64,000 nt of DNA from the human T2T-CHM13v2.0 reference genome, Homo sapiens. The DNA lies in the NCBI RefSeq assembly GCF_009914755.1, contig NC_060935.1. The stretch is one strand, 5' to 3'. Under the pieces are notes generated by a model that saw only the letters and a list, made by a program, of their open reading frames with translations, did no database searches and was not told where the DNA came from. Positions 1 to 63,960 of this stretch are shown here, one piece after another (position 1 is the first letter of the stretch; each line of letters starts with the position of its first letter). The translations under genes and the position numbers were made by a program.

Positions 1-1
1 C

Positions 2-2278
<2,277 letters not shown>

Positions 2279-3819
2279 GACCTGGGCTGCTGTGAAAGCC
2301 CCTGCACAATCAGCCAGGGAGAACTGGGCGGGTTTAGTGGCCCCAGGCCCACTCCTCATGCAGCAGTGTGCTGGGGCGACAGCTCGTCTCCCCTCTCTTA
2401 AGCACCCGCTTCCTCACCACCCCCACTGTTGGGCCTATAGTAGCAGGTTAGTGAGTACCTAGGGCGGCTCAACTCCTCCCACAGCACCAACCCAGCATGG
2501 TCCCACTGAAGTCCTACTACGCCCTCCCCTCCCCAGCCTTTTCCAGAAACCATACTGGGCTCAGATCAGAGCTCCGAAGCGGTCAAAGTGAGCTGAGCAG
2601 GACAGGCCCAGCCTTTCTCCACTGCCACGTCCCTCATGCACATCACTCATCTCCTGCTGCAGGCCAAGGCCAAAATTGGGCTAGTCCTGGCCAGGGAAAT
2701 CAGAAGCTCTTCTTGGGTGAGATTGAGCCTCCTGTTGCTCCCTGGAGTTCCGGAGGCTGGGCTGCAGCCCACTCAGCTTGCGGGCAAAATACGTGCTCTC
2801 CTCTCTCCTTGTCAGCTGAGCAAACCCAGGGAATAGCCCTCCTCTCCCCAGGAAACTTCTCTGAAATCTTAGACTTAGCCAGTCTTAGGCCTACGATGCC
2901 ACACAAAGGTTGTTCAGGGAGAAGGGGGTGCAGGAGGCAGAGGGTGCCCCGCAGGGAGCTGGTGGCTCCAGCCCCACTAGAGCTCCTAAAGATCACACAG
3001 CAGCTGCTCCTGACAGGGATGCTCATGCCCAGAAAGCAAGCCCAGGAGAGGAAGGCAGAGTGTGACAGAGCAGAGCCAGGGCCAGGCGCACCAGGAGAGG
3101 CGTTTCTGGGGCTCCAGAGAAGTGCCACGGGAGGCAGAAGTCCAGAACTGCCCATATAGATGCCCTTCTACATCCTGGAGCCCAAATCAGTCATGTGGGT
3201 GGGAAGTTCCCAGGGCAGTGGTCACATCGTGAGAATTAGCAGGAAAGGCGGGGCCTTTCTTGTCATAGCTATTTCTGAGGATGAAATGGGAGACATATGC
3301 CCAGCACCTGATGTAAGTTTATATAATGTAATATTATGTACCTACCACTAAGAAATACATGAACCGTGCCATGAGGACAGTAAGTGTTCATAAAGCAACA
3401 TGAAGCAAGAAACAGTGCAGGGTGCCCAGTGCACACACTAGAGAGAAATTGTGAACATTAAGGACAAGGAGAATTGGTGTCTTTCTAAAACATACTTATT
3501 TAAAAACACATACCCACTTACTAATGTGGAATTACACAGTTTGTAACAAGAAAACAGTCTCTCCCATTCTCTAGTACTGCTCCCCTACCCAGCAGTCACT
3601 TCCAGTTCATTCAGCTATTTTTAAAATGTGCTTATATGACTCTTGCTTGATATATCAATCTTAGACATTACCTGTTGACTCCCTGTTGTCATACATGAGG
3701 CTTTAGCTCTCTTTTGTCAGCAACCCTCCCCCATCCCTAGTTATTAGGTTAAAAAATACTCAGATTACTATTTCTATTACTATGTGAAAGTTAACTGCGG
3801 AGCCAAGAGTTGGACTATA

Positions 3820-3825
3820 ATTAAA
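3820..3825 (+). terminator. Probable BBS1 polyadenylation signal (ATTAAA)
   Basis: ATTAAA about 1.55 kb after the BBS1 stop, followed by a T-rich downstream element (ttccttgtactttcttttt). Confidence 0.6.
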
Positions 3826-4066
3826 TTACCTTCCTTGTACTTTCTTTTTAATGGAGTTAATGAGTTGCCCTGAGTTTCTCATTTACTTTGTTTTCTGATG
3901 GACTGATTGCTAATTCTTCCCCCACCATCTGACAGCTCCTCTTTTTTCTAGACACTTCCCTTCATCCCCTGCTTCACTGAGGACTGTTTGTTTTCCAGGT
4001 AAATTGCCTTTGCCTCTCTCCTGGGCTAGATCCTGATTCCTGGGCCTGATGGCTTCCTATTTCTCA

Positions 4067-5780
<1,714 letters not shown>

Positions 5781-5799
5781 ACAGTCTATTTTGATAGTG

Positions 5800-6480
5800 C
5801 ATGTATAATAGCATACGATATCAGATACTTAAGAATTAATCCAATTTAAAAAGGCATGATCTTTATGGGAAAAGGTACACAACTTTATTGAAAACATTGA
5901 GTGCAGAAATAAACCCTGCTCATGAATGGGAAAATTCAATTTTACACAGGTGCTGATTTTATCCAGACTGATCTATAGATTCAGCTGGGTTCCATTCTAC
6001 ATCTCAAGGGGTTTTTGGGGGGAATTTGACAAGCTGATTCTCAAGGTTACATGGAAGAGCAAGGGCCGAGACTAGAGTTTAGGAGATGATTCCCAAAGGG
6101 CACAGGGGCAGAAAAATGACCAGTGGAACCACATAGAAAAATCAATTATTGTATTTTCAATGGATCACTAGGCAGCAGGGAAAAGGAATGCCATACAGCT
6201 ACACACAATAATCCGGATACATCTCAGGAACATAATCAAGTGAAAAGGCAAACTGTAAAAGAATAAACTCTGCATGATTTCATTCATATATTTGAAAACA
6301 TGCAAAGCCAACACAAACACATTAATAAAACTATAAAGCAAAGCAACGGAATGACTGAAACAGGACAGTGTCTCCCCCACCAGGAAGGGGCAACAGCAGG
6401 AACTTCGAAGGAAATGGTAACCTTCTCAAATGCAGTGGGGCTGTTTCCTCTTAATTTTTATAAATGTGTTCTTGTAGCTC
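5800..6480 (+). mobile_element. Old L1 (L1M-type) fragment
   Basis: A-rich, degenerate L1 ORF2/3' motifs (catgaatgggaaaattcaat, gatctatagattca). Confidence 0.5.
5884..5889 (-). terminator. Candidate distal polyA signal of ZDHHC24 (AATAAA on - strand)
   Basis: TTTATT on + strand, about 3.9 kb past the ZDHHC24 stop. Confidence 0.5.
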
Positions 6481-6491
6481 CTCACTAATTA

Positions 6492-8851
<2,360 letters not shown>

Positions 8852-9517
8852 TTATTTTTGATTTTCTTTACTATCATCTTAGAGAGATCCTAAGAGAAAA
8901 CTGAGACGAACACATGTGTTTAGGCCTGCCATGTGGAAATGGCGGTCTCTATTCATTCTATTTACACGGAAACATTTAACAAGCAGCTCTTGAGGAGGCC
9001 AGAGAGGTGCAGGCCTAGCCCTGTCAGCACCACCCTCCACAGATGCCCAAACAGCCCCAGCGCATTTCTTTACCTTGATTTCTTTCCTACTCATTTCCTC
9101 CAGCTGTGCAAGGGTAAAGGCAAAAGCACAAAGACCTGGGTTGGACCCTGCCTCCATTTGCCGCACCATGATCTTACCACATGGATTCTTAGAGCGTAAC
9201 TGCTGCCCCATGGACCAGGTTAGCTAAGAGAGGTTCCATGAAACTGCTGTTGCAGAAATGCTTCTAACTATAAAATGCCAAACCTGGGAAAGAATGTTTG
9301 GATTCTCATAGCCTGGATCAGTAGGACACTGCCTTGGCGTGCTGGTGCCCCACCCCCAACTCACCCAGGCCAGGGGAGGTAGAGCCCCAGCCCCTGAGAC
9401 CCTCAGGCATCCTGCAGTTTCCAGGCCCTACAGAGGGTCCCAGAAACAGCCCCAGCAACAAAGTGAGGGGCCAGAAACTATGCAAAGATGGAGGGAGGCT
9501 GAGAAACAAGTCAGTGC

Positions 9518-9523
9518 TTTATT
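9518..9523 (-). terminator. Candidate proximal polyA signal of ZDHHC24
   Basis: TTTATT on + strand, about 250 bp past the ZDHHC24 stop. Confidence 0.55.
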
Positions 9524-9769
9524 AACCTGGCAAAGGGGCAGCTAGGCGGCCTGAGCAGCCCCTGCCAGACCCTCCTCTGCACTCCTCTGCCTAAGTCACG
9601 GCCCAAGCCCTGGACACGTAGGAGTGTAGGCGGGCAGGGGCAAGGCCAAGGAAGGGGTGGAGTTGTCCAATGCAGATGTTAAGGTCCAACCCGACTTCCT
9701 TACTGAGTCTAGGTGTGGGGGCCCCCCTCTCACCCCTTCCTCCCTGCACAGCTCTGGCTCTTCCTGGAG

Positions 9770-16245
<6,476 letters not shown>

Positions 16246-16752
16246 GGCCTGGACACCCAGCTGTCGGAGCCGGAGGACTAGGCCGCTTCCGTATTGGGGC
16301 GGAGATAGCGGCAGACGGACGTCTGCTACGGCCAATAGAAGCTCGGAAGGGGGTGCGGCGAGCGCTCAGACTCTCAGGGAACGGCCGGCCCACGCGGCGA
16401 GTTGATCTGGCCAACGGACCAGCAGTGGAGGCGCTCGGAATCCCGCGGCGCTGGAGCCCGGATAACGCCGCGGAGTGATTGACCCGCCCACCCTGGAGGC
16501 TCCTCCCATCCCGTCGGAGCCCCGCCCGCTGGCGCGGGGGCCAGGAGTGCCCGGGGGATTGAGTTGCAGCCGGGGTGGTGTCGGGGTTTCCCGGCTCAGC
16601 ACATTCTCCCCTACTCCCCACAGCCGCCCCGATATTAATAGCCCTGCCGCAGCCCATCCAGCTGGCTCAGAGCCGTTCCCCATGCCCGGGTGTCTCCATC
16701 ACCCCAGAAAACATGCAAAACAGCTCGGCGCCTCTGTGTTCCTGACTGTGAA

Positions 16753-17028
16753 ATGGGGATAGGGCTCTGTGTCCCACCAGCGAGGTGCTGGAAGAGGCTC
16801 ACGAGGAGCTCCAGAGGGCAGCCTCTAGAGCGGCCCGCGGCCACTATTATTATCGGCCTTTCTATTGTGGAGAGGAGTAAACAGACTCAGAGAGGTCCCG
16901 TGGATTTCTCAAGGTCACACAGCGCCCCAGCAGCGGAGCAGGAATGCAAACCCAGGATCTCCGCCGCGAGATCCACCCCGGCGCCCCCGAGTCCCGCAGT
17001 TCCCGGCTTCAGGACAACCCCTTGCCAG
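16753..17028 (+). CDS. ACTN3: Alternative first coding exon of ACTN3 (92 codons, giving a 944-aa isoform)
   Basis: ATG 16753, open for 92 codons (MGIGLCVPP...RTTPCQ), ends CAG|GTCCAA in phase 0, in frame with exon 2. 901-49+92 = 944 aa, matching my recollection of the longer annotated isoform. Confidence 0.65.
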
Positions 17029-17179
17029 GTCCAACCCGAGCTCCTTCACCCCCATCCGGCCCCTCCCTCCTCCCCCATATTTAGTGCGAATTCGATCTGG
17101 GGCTGGGCTGGGCCCTACTTAATGGGGCCCGGGTGTCCGAGAGCGTGCCGAGCGGAGCGAAGCCAGGAGCCCGATCGAG

Positions 17180-33440
<16,261 letters not shown>

Positions 33441-33551
33441 CCCCAACCACTGAGGTTCTCTATGCAAGATGGAGAGAGGATGCACCCTGTGGCTGATCCC
33501 ATCCGTCCCTCGGAGCAAGGGCCTAAGAGAAAAGCCAGCCAAGTGCTTCTG

Positions 33552-33557
33552 AATAAA
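33552..33557 (+). terminator. ACTN3 polyA signal AATAAA
   Basis: AATAAA 111 nt after the stop codon. Confidence 0.85.
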
Positions 33558-33728
33558 GATCCCTCTCTGGGTCTCTCCCCATCTCCTTTTAGTTCCTGAA
33601 GCAGAAGCTGGCCCCTCAGGCTCCTGGGCAGGACCAGCTATCCCACCTTGACCCGCCAGGAGTCCCTGCCATCTCTCCTCACCCCCGGGGACTGAGCATT
33701 TATACCACACTCGGGACAAGGACACCTC

Positions 33729-33734
33729 TTTATT
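33729..33734 (-). terminator. CTSF polyA signal AATAAA
   Basis: TTTATT on + strand, about 445 nt after the CTSF stop. Confidence 0.85.
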
Positions 33735-34179
33735 GCTGTTAGAAAAGGGTGGTTACAAGTTTCCTGGACATGGAGAGGGACACTATCCCTAAATCCAAGG
33801 GAACCAGAAAATTTATAGTATCAAACAGAGGAAAGCGGGGGCAGAACAGAGCTGGGCTTAAGATCAGAAAATTTTCTTCCTGCTCATTACCCAAGCCCAG
33901 AGTTCTTGCCCCAGCTTCAACTGCCAAGATACCACCCTTCACCCCGACATCCTCCTAAGCTACCACAATTCAACAAAGGTGCAGGTGCAGAACTTCAGGG
34001 TGGGAATGGGGTGCAGGGAAGCAGGGGCTGTGCCCCAGCCCAGTGCCCTCTGCTCACCCTGAGGTACCCAGTGCCTTTCCCTCTGCCAGCTGTACCTCCC
34101 GGGGAGGGGCCTGGACACATGTCAGGCTGGGGCAGCAGCCACTCTGATCAGCACCAGGTCCCGAGCTGGGGGCCCCTCT

Positions 34180-38980
<4,801 letters not shown>

Positions 38981-39094
38981 TTATATGTTAGGCATGATAT
39001 GCCAGCTCCTTTTATTCGGCGTAGCAATCTCTGAAGTAGGTGCTATCCCCATCGTACAGTGGAGGAAACGAGGCTTGGAGAGATTAAATGGCGT

Positions 39095-40899
<1,805 letters not shown>

Positions 40900-41097
40900 A
40901 GATCATCTAGTTCAAACCAGAATTGCTACAGCAGCAGAGGTCTAGAGAGACAAAGTGACATTCCAGCTACTCAGACATTAGTGCTGGAGCCAGAGTGGAG
41001 CCATCTCAATGCTTCCAGTTGCCAGCTGAGGTCTGAGAGGAGAGGATCTGAGGGATTGCAGCAGATACTAATCTTTCCTTGATTATGCTCTTCCCTC

Positions 41098-43622
<2,525 letters not shown>

Positions 43623-43639
43623 TGAGACCATTCTGGCTA

Positions 43640-47204
<3,565 letters not shown>

Positions 47205-47235
47205 ATCTGCAGCAATTTTTACAAGAGAGTGGAGG

Positions 47236-47272
47236 GCCCAGCAAGCTCAGTCGGTAGAGCATGAGACGCTTA
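47236..47272 (+). pseudogene. 5' half of tRNA-Lys(CTT), retrocopy; not a functional tRNA gene
   Basis: GCCCAGCAAGCTCAGTCGGTAGAGCATGAGACGCTTA versus tRNA-Lys GCCCGGCTAGCTCAGTCGGTAGAGCATGAGACTCTTA: 34/37 identical; ends just after the anticodon; no T-arm or B box. Confidence 0.85.
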
Positions 47273-47309
47273 CATGGGAGTAAAGTTTAATTTATTTTGT
47301 TTTTCTTTC

Positions 47310-52837
<5,528 letters not shown>

Positions 52838-52869
52838 TAAATTCTCTCTCTCTCTGTTTTTGCCATATC

Positions 52870-56620
<3,751 letters not shown>

Positions 56621-57110
56621 CTGGTCGCTAAGATTTTGAGCAAATTGCTCTGCTTCTCTGAGCATTTCTCACCTGTGAAGTGAGCATGATGATGTCTTGT
56701 AGGCATAGGATAAAACTATAATGAGGTGAGAAACACAAAGGCCAGATCACAGAGCTTGGTTAGGCTCAGGTAGAATCTATACTTAGCCGAGACTCTCGTG
56801 GGAGGAAGGGAATGTCTCTGAGGCTGCAGGTCATGGGTGATCCACAGGACTCCCCATGCCTCTTTCCCCCATTATTTCCACTGTATGTGTTTATTGGCTC
56901 TGTCTGAACCTACTCCTTGAGGGCAGAGATTTCTCAGCTTTCCTGATTGCTGCTTCTTCACTGCCTAGCACACTGCCACACCCATAGACAATGTACATCA
57001 AATATATGATGGATGAATGAAAAGGAAATGAAATCCCCCACTCAAGGCTGCACTCCAGCCTGAGCAACAGAGCAAGACCCTAGCTCAAAAATATATATAT
57101 ATATATTTGG

Positions 57111-59550
<2,440 letters not shown>

Positions 59551-59552
59551 AA

Positions 59553-59631
59553 AATATATATATATACACACATATATATATACACACACACATATATATG
59601 TGTGTGTATGTGTGTGTGTATATATATATAT
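59553..59631. repeat. (TA)n/(CA)n/(TG)n compound microsatellite
   Basis: Directly visible. Confidence 0.9.
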
Positions 59632-59654
59632 TTGTTTTTTTTTTAAGAAACTCA

Positions 59655-60272
<618 letters not shown>

Positions 60273-60711
60273 TTAATTAATTTTCTTCTTCCTAATAGTG
60301 TTTGAGAACTAAAAGAGGTGACAATTTAATGTAGTGTGATAGGAATGCTAAAGTGAGTTGTTCCAAAGATCACCTTTGCCTCTGACCCTTCCCACTACAA
60401 TTAACTCCAAGGTCTCAGTTCTTTTGATATAGGAGATTTGGCTTGTATTGTGCAAGGCTTGACATAATGGGACTACTAGGCTTGGGGATTCTTTCATGAG
60501 AATTTCACTAAGAAAACAATAGTTTTAGTCTCAATCCCTTCATAGTTGGAAGCATAATGTTCCTGAACCCTCCACTCCCAGATATAGACAAATATTTCTT
60601 CTTCCAAAGCAGTAAAGAGGTCTAGATGAGCTGCTGGCCATTTAGGGGTGAGGGAGGCATTTGAGGGCACTGGGCCTGGTCAAGGAGTAATAGGGGTATT
60701 CCCAGGAGCTA

Positions 60712-63261
60712 CTAAAGGCTGGCTGCTGAGCTCCTGAACAGGGTTGACTGGTGGGGATCCTTCAGGGCCGAGACCAGGTGGCGAACCCGCCGCTGCTGTT
60801 GCAGCCAATAGAGCATCTCCACTTTGTCACTCTTCATCTTGTCCAGGTAGGGCCGCCCCTTGAAGATCACTGGCTCGCCAAAGATTAACTCTATCTCCTC
60901 CAGGAGGGAAACCAAAGAAGACTCCATTAAGTTGAGCTTCCTGTGGAGATGGCTTCGGACCTGATTCTCCTCCAGGAAGTGACTGGAGCTCAAGTTGGTC
61001 TTTTTGAAGAAGCGGTTGGGATTGGAAGCTTGTCCCTCAAACCACTCTAGTCTCGCCAGCAATGCCTCCCGCAGCTGAATGGGCTTCAGGGCCCGCTCCC
61101 AGGCATTCACCAATGAAGGCAGCTGCCTCAGGCGGGCTTTGGAGCTATATTTAATGGTCATGTCCACCTGGTCCTTGTCAGGGACCTCAAGCACAGACCA
61201 CAGTTGTTCCAGATGCTTCTGCAGGCTCAGAATTTTGTGGGGTTCTCCCAGGTGGGGTGTCTTCCCAGCTCCTAGCCTGTGCTCTAGCACAGTGTTCCAA
61301 TCCCACTCTCCTGGCACAAAGTCTGGTTCTTCATCTTCTAGCAATGGGGGAGGGTGCTGAATCTCTAGGGACTCTCTGGCAGGGGCCACAATCTCCACAG
61401 GAACCTCTTCTTCATGCATTTGAAAGATGACATGAAGGAAATCTGTTTCATGGTTGGTGAGGTACTTGAAGTAGTCATCCACAGACAAGGTGGTTTTCCA
61501 TGAGTTCATCAAGGAGGCCTTGTTTGACCACTTCTCCCAGCTTTTGGTAGCTTGGAGTGATGGGAGGGAGGGCATCTTCTTAGTATTGGACTGTAAAGTG
61601 TTTGCTCTCTGGGAGTAAAGTCCAACCAGCTCAGGGTTGATGATTTGAGGCTGTTTTTCTTGACGTAGAAAGGCTGAGGACAGGAAGGTCGACCAGTCTT
61701 TATCTGCTGCAGGCTCAACTAGGGGCCCTTGATCAAAATGTAAGTGGTCAGAAGAGACATGGCTCATCAACTCCTTGTAGACCTCCCTGGTAGTACTGCC
61801 AACAAAGTTATCAATATCCATTTTTTCAATGGCTTTGGGATCCAGTTCACCAGCCAGATGGTTATACAGGGCTCCGGCCCCCTCAATGTGGAAAGAGTCT
61901 AAGAAGTTTCTATCAGAGACCCGTACGGCAGCCGCCTGGACCACGACCTCATTTCTAAGCTTCAAAGTAATGGTCACTGGCTGTGGGTGAAGTGGAAAGG
62001 ATTTGGGGGGCTGGGGGTCCCACTGCCCAGAGGCTTCTTCCTCCTGGAGGTTCCTCAACATCTTCTCCAGCTCCTCCAGGCGATGCCCTGCAGCTGGGTG
62101 ACGGGTCACAACCCCCAGGAGAGGAGGCAGGCCTGAGTCCAGTGGTGGGTAGCGAGTCCCCTCCAACTTCATCTTCTTTATCAACTGCTTCAGATCCTCA
62201 GCCACGATGAGCCCAGTCAGCTCTGGTTTGCTCTCTGTAGCCAAGACCAGCGGGGTTAAGGGGCGAGATGGGAGTGGAGGAAGGCCCAACTCATCTGCCA
62301 GCCTCCAGCCCTCACGCAGGGAGGGCATGGATTGGCCTCTCCGGAGCTCAGGGCAGAAAGGCGAGGGGGAAGCCCTGCTGGTGGGGGCCACAGGATAGCT
62401 GGGCAGCGACACCATCTGTGAGGAACTGATGTCGATTTCTCTCTTCTTTCCTATGGAGGGCAGCCAGTGGAAAGGCTTTTTCCTCTTCAACCGAGGGATG
62501 GACTTCAATTCCTTCACTGGATCCATCCTTCCTGGCTCATTGAGAAACTCTGGTGGACGGCTGAGTTGGATGAGGTAGTTCAGGTTGAGGTTAGAGCACT
62601 GCACTTGGGCGAAGCCAGTGCTGTGAGGCCAGGGGATAGGGCACAGCTTGAACGTCCCAGCGGGGCAGACAGGGTGCAGCTTGTCCACATCCCCAGAGGC
62701 CTGCTCTGCCCTCAGCAGGGCCTGGAAGTCGGCAAGCAGGCCACGGTAGACGTTGGGACTAGTAAGGAAGAGTGTGCAGTCCCTGGCGAGGCTGGCGGCC
62801 AACCGGGTGAGGGTGGCTGATTCAGTGAAGACCCCCCTGGGAGTCGACATGGTCACCAGCAGGTGCAGGTAGCGCAAGAAGAGCTGCTCGCTGCTCAGCA
62901 GCACGTAGGCCTCGAGCCGCTTCCGCAGCTTCTGGTTGTTTTTGTGGCTCAGACTAAGTTCGGCGGGCGGCTCCCGCCAGCTGCACTTCAGCTCGTCCAG
63001 GATGACCTTGATGAGACGTAGTCGGGCCTCAGGAGGCACTCCCGCTGCTATCCCGCTGCCGGCCAGCAGCTTGGCCACCTGGCTGCACAGCGACGCCACC
63101 GTCAGCTTCGCCAGAGGGAAGGACTGCAGAATCCGGCCCTCCTGCGGGGGGCGCTTCTGAGGCTCTGGGGACGTCGTCCTAGTGGGGAAGAGCGACAGCG
63201 GACGCAGCAGCCGGTGGTAAAACCGCTGGAGCTCAGGCTCGGGCTTCGGGGGCTCCATCAT
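60712..63261 (-). CDS. CCDC87: Coiled-coil domain-containing protein 87 (849 aa, single coding exon)
   Basis: Uninterrupted ORF; first ATG at 63261 (MMEPPKPEPELQRFYHRLL...), ending RSSAASL*; 849 codons; divergent from CCS. Confidence 0.95.
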   Translation of the reverse strand: MMEPPKPEPELQRFYHRLLRPLSLFPTRTTSPEPQKRPPQEGRILQSFPLAKLTVASLCSQVAKLLAGSGIAAGVPPEARLRLIKVILDELKCSWREPPAELSLSHKNNQKLRKRLEAYVLLSSEQLFLRYLHLLVTMSTPRGVFTESATLTRLAASLARDCTLFLTSPNVYRGLLADFQALLRAEQASGDVDKLHPVCPAGTFKLCPIPWPHSTGFAQVQCSNLNLNYLIQLSRPPEFLNEPGRMDPVKELKSIPRLKRKKPFHWLPSIGKKREIDISSSQMVSLPSYPVAPTSRASPSPFCPELRRGQSMPSLREGWRLADELGLPPLPSRPLTPLVLATESKPELTGLIVAEDLKQLIKKMKLEGTRYPPLDSGLPPLLGVVTRHPAAGHRLEELEKMLRNLQEEEASGQWDPQPPKSFPLHPQPVTITLKLRNEVVVQAAAVRVSDRNFLDSFHIEGAGALYNHLAGELDPKAIEKMDIDNFVGSTTREVYKELMSHVSSDHLHFDQGPLVEPAADKDWSTFLSSAFLRQEKQPQIINPELVGLYSQRANTLQSNTKKMPSLPSLQATKSWEKWSNKASLMNSWKTTLSVDDYFKYLTNHETDFLHVIFQMHEEEVPVEIVAPARESLEIQHPPPLLEDEEPDFVPGEWDWNTVLEHRLGAGKTPHLGEPHKILSLQKHLEQLWSVLEVPDKDQVDMTIKYSSKARLRQLPSLVNAWERALKPIQLREALLARLEWFEGQASNPNRFFKKTNLSSSHFLEENQVRSHLHRKLNLMESSLVSLLEEIELIFGEPVIFKGRPYLDKMKSDKVEMLYWLQQQRRVRHLVSALKDPHQSTLFRSSAASL

Positions 63262-63507
63262 AGAGCCGGCGGCCGCCACCGTCCAGGAACAGAAAGCCGA
63301 GGGGTTACTAAGGCAACCAGGAGCCCGACGGCCCGAGTGCGCCTGCGCGGCCGCCACCCGGTGGCTGACGAAGCAGGGCCTTGCGTGCGCACGCACTAGG
63401 AGGAGGAGTTAAGGGTGGCTTTAGAGGCTCAGTCCCCGCGACGCCGCGCTGGTTGGTGCTCCTGCGCCGGAGGAGTTCTGCGTCTCGGGGTGGTGACTGG
63501 GTCCAGA
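63262..63507. promoter_or_regulatory. Compact bidirectional CpG promoter of CCDC87 and CCS
   Basis: 246 bp between the two ATGs; X-box GTTACTAAGGCAAC 63304-63317; NRF1-like TGCGCCTGCGCG 63338-63349; palindrome 63382-63395. Confidence 0.85.
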
Positions 63508-63960
63508 ATGGCTTCGGATTCGGGGAACCAGGGGACCCTCTGCACGGTGAGGGTCGAGGCTTCGTGTGGAGCCTCGCCGGGCAGAGAGCCTCGGCCCCTG
63601 GGATGATCGTTACCTTGGGAAGAGGAGAAGGAGTGGGCACTTGGGTTGGGGCCTGGGGCCATGGGATGAAACTAGGGTGCGAGGGTAGCAGGGGCCCTGC
63701 GTGAGTGTTGGGGGGTGACTCCCATGGTCCTGGAATGGTCATGAGAGATCATGAAGAAGGTGCTTGAAGAGGGGTTAAGTGGGGCTTGTTCCCAGACCCT
63801 TGCGGTGGTCATAGGGTAGGTGGTGAAACAAAGTCATACCAAGGCACTTCCCCAGCGATCATCGGTTGGTCCCTGCCGCCCTTGCAGTTGGAGTTCGCGG
63901 TGCAGATGACCTGTCAGAGCTGTGTGGACGCGGTGCGCAAATCCCTGCAAGGGGTGGCAG
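63508..63960 (+). CDS. CCS: Copper chaperone for SOD1, exons 1-2; gene continues beyond the window
   Basis: Exons 63508-63546 (MASDSGNQGTLCT) and 63888-63960 (LEFAVQMTCQSCVDAVRKSLQGVA); Atx1-like MxCxxC motif; GT/AG sites. Confidence 0.97.

Noticed and set aside
63262-63396. 45-codon N-terminal extension of CCDC87 in the ORF track (894 aa)
   Set aside because: Starts at GTG inside the shared promoter; the first ATG at 63261 gives 849 aa.
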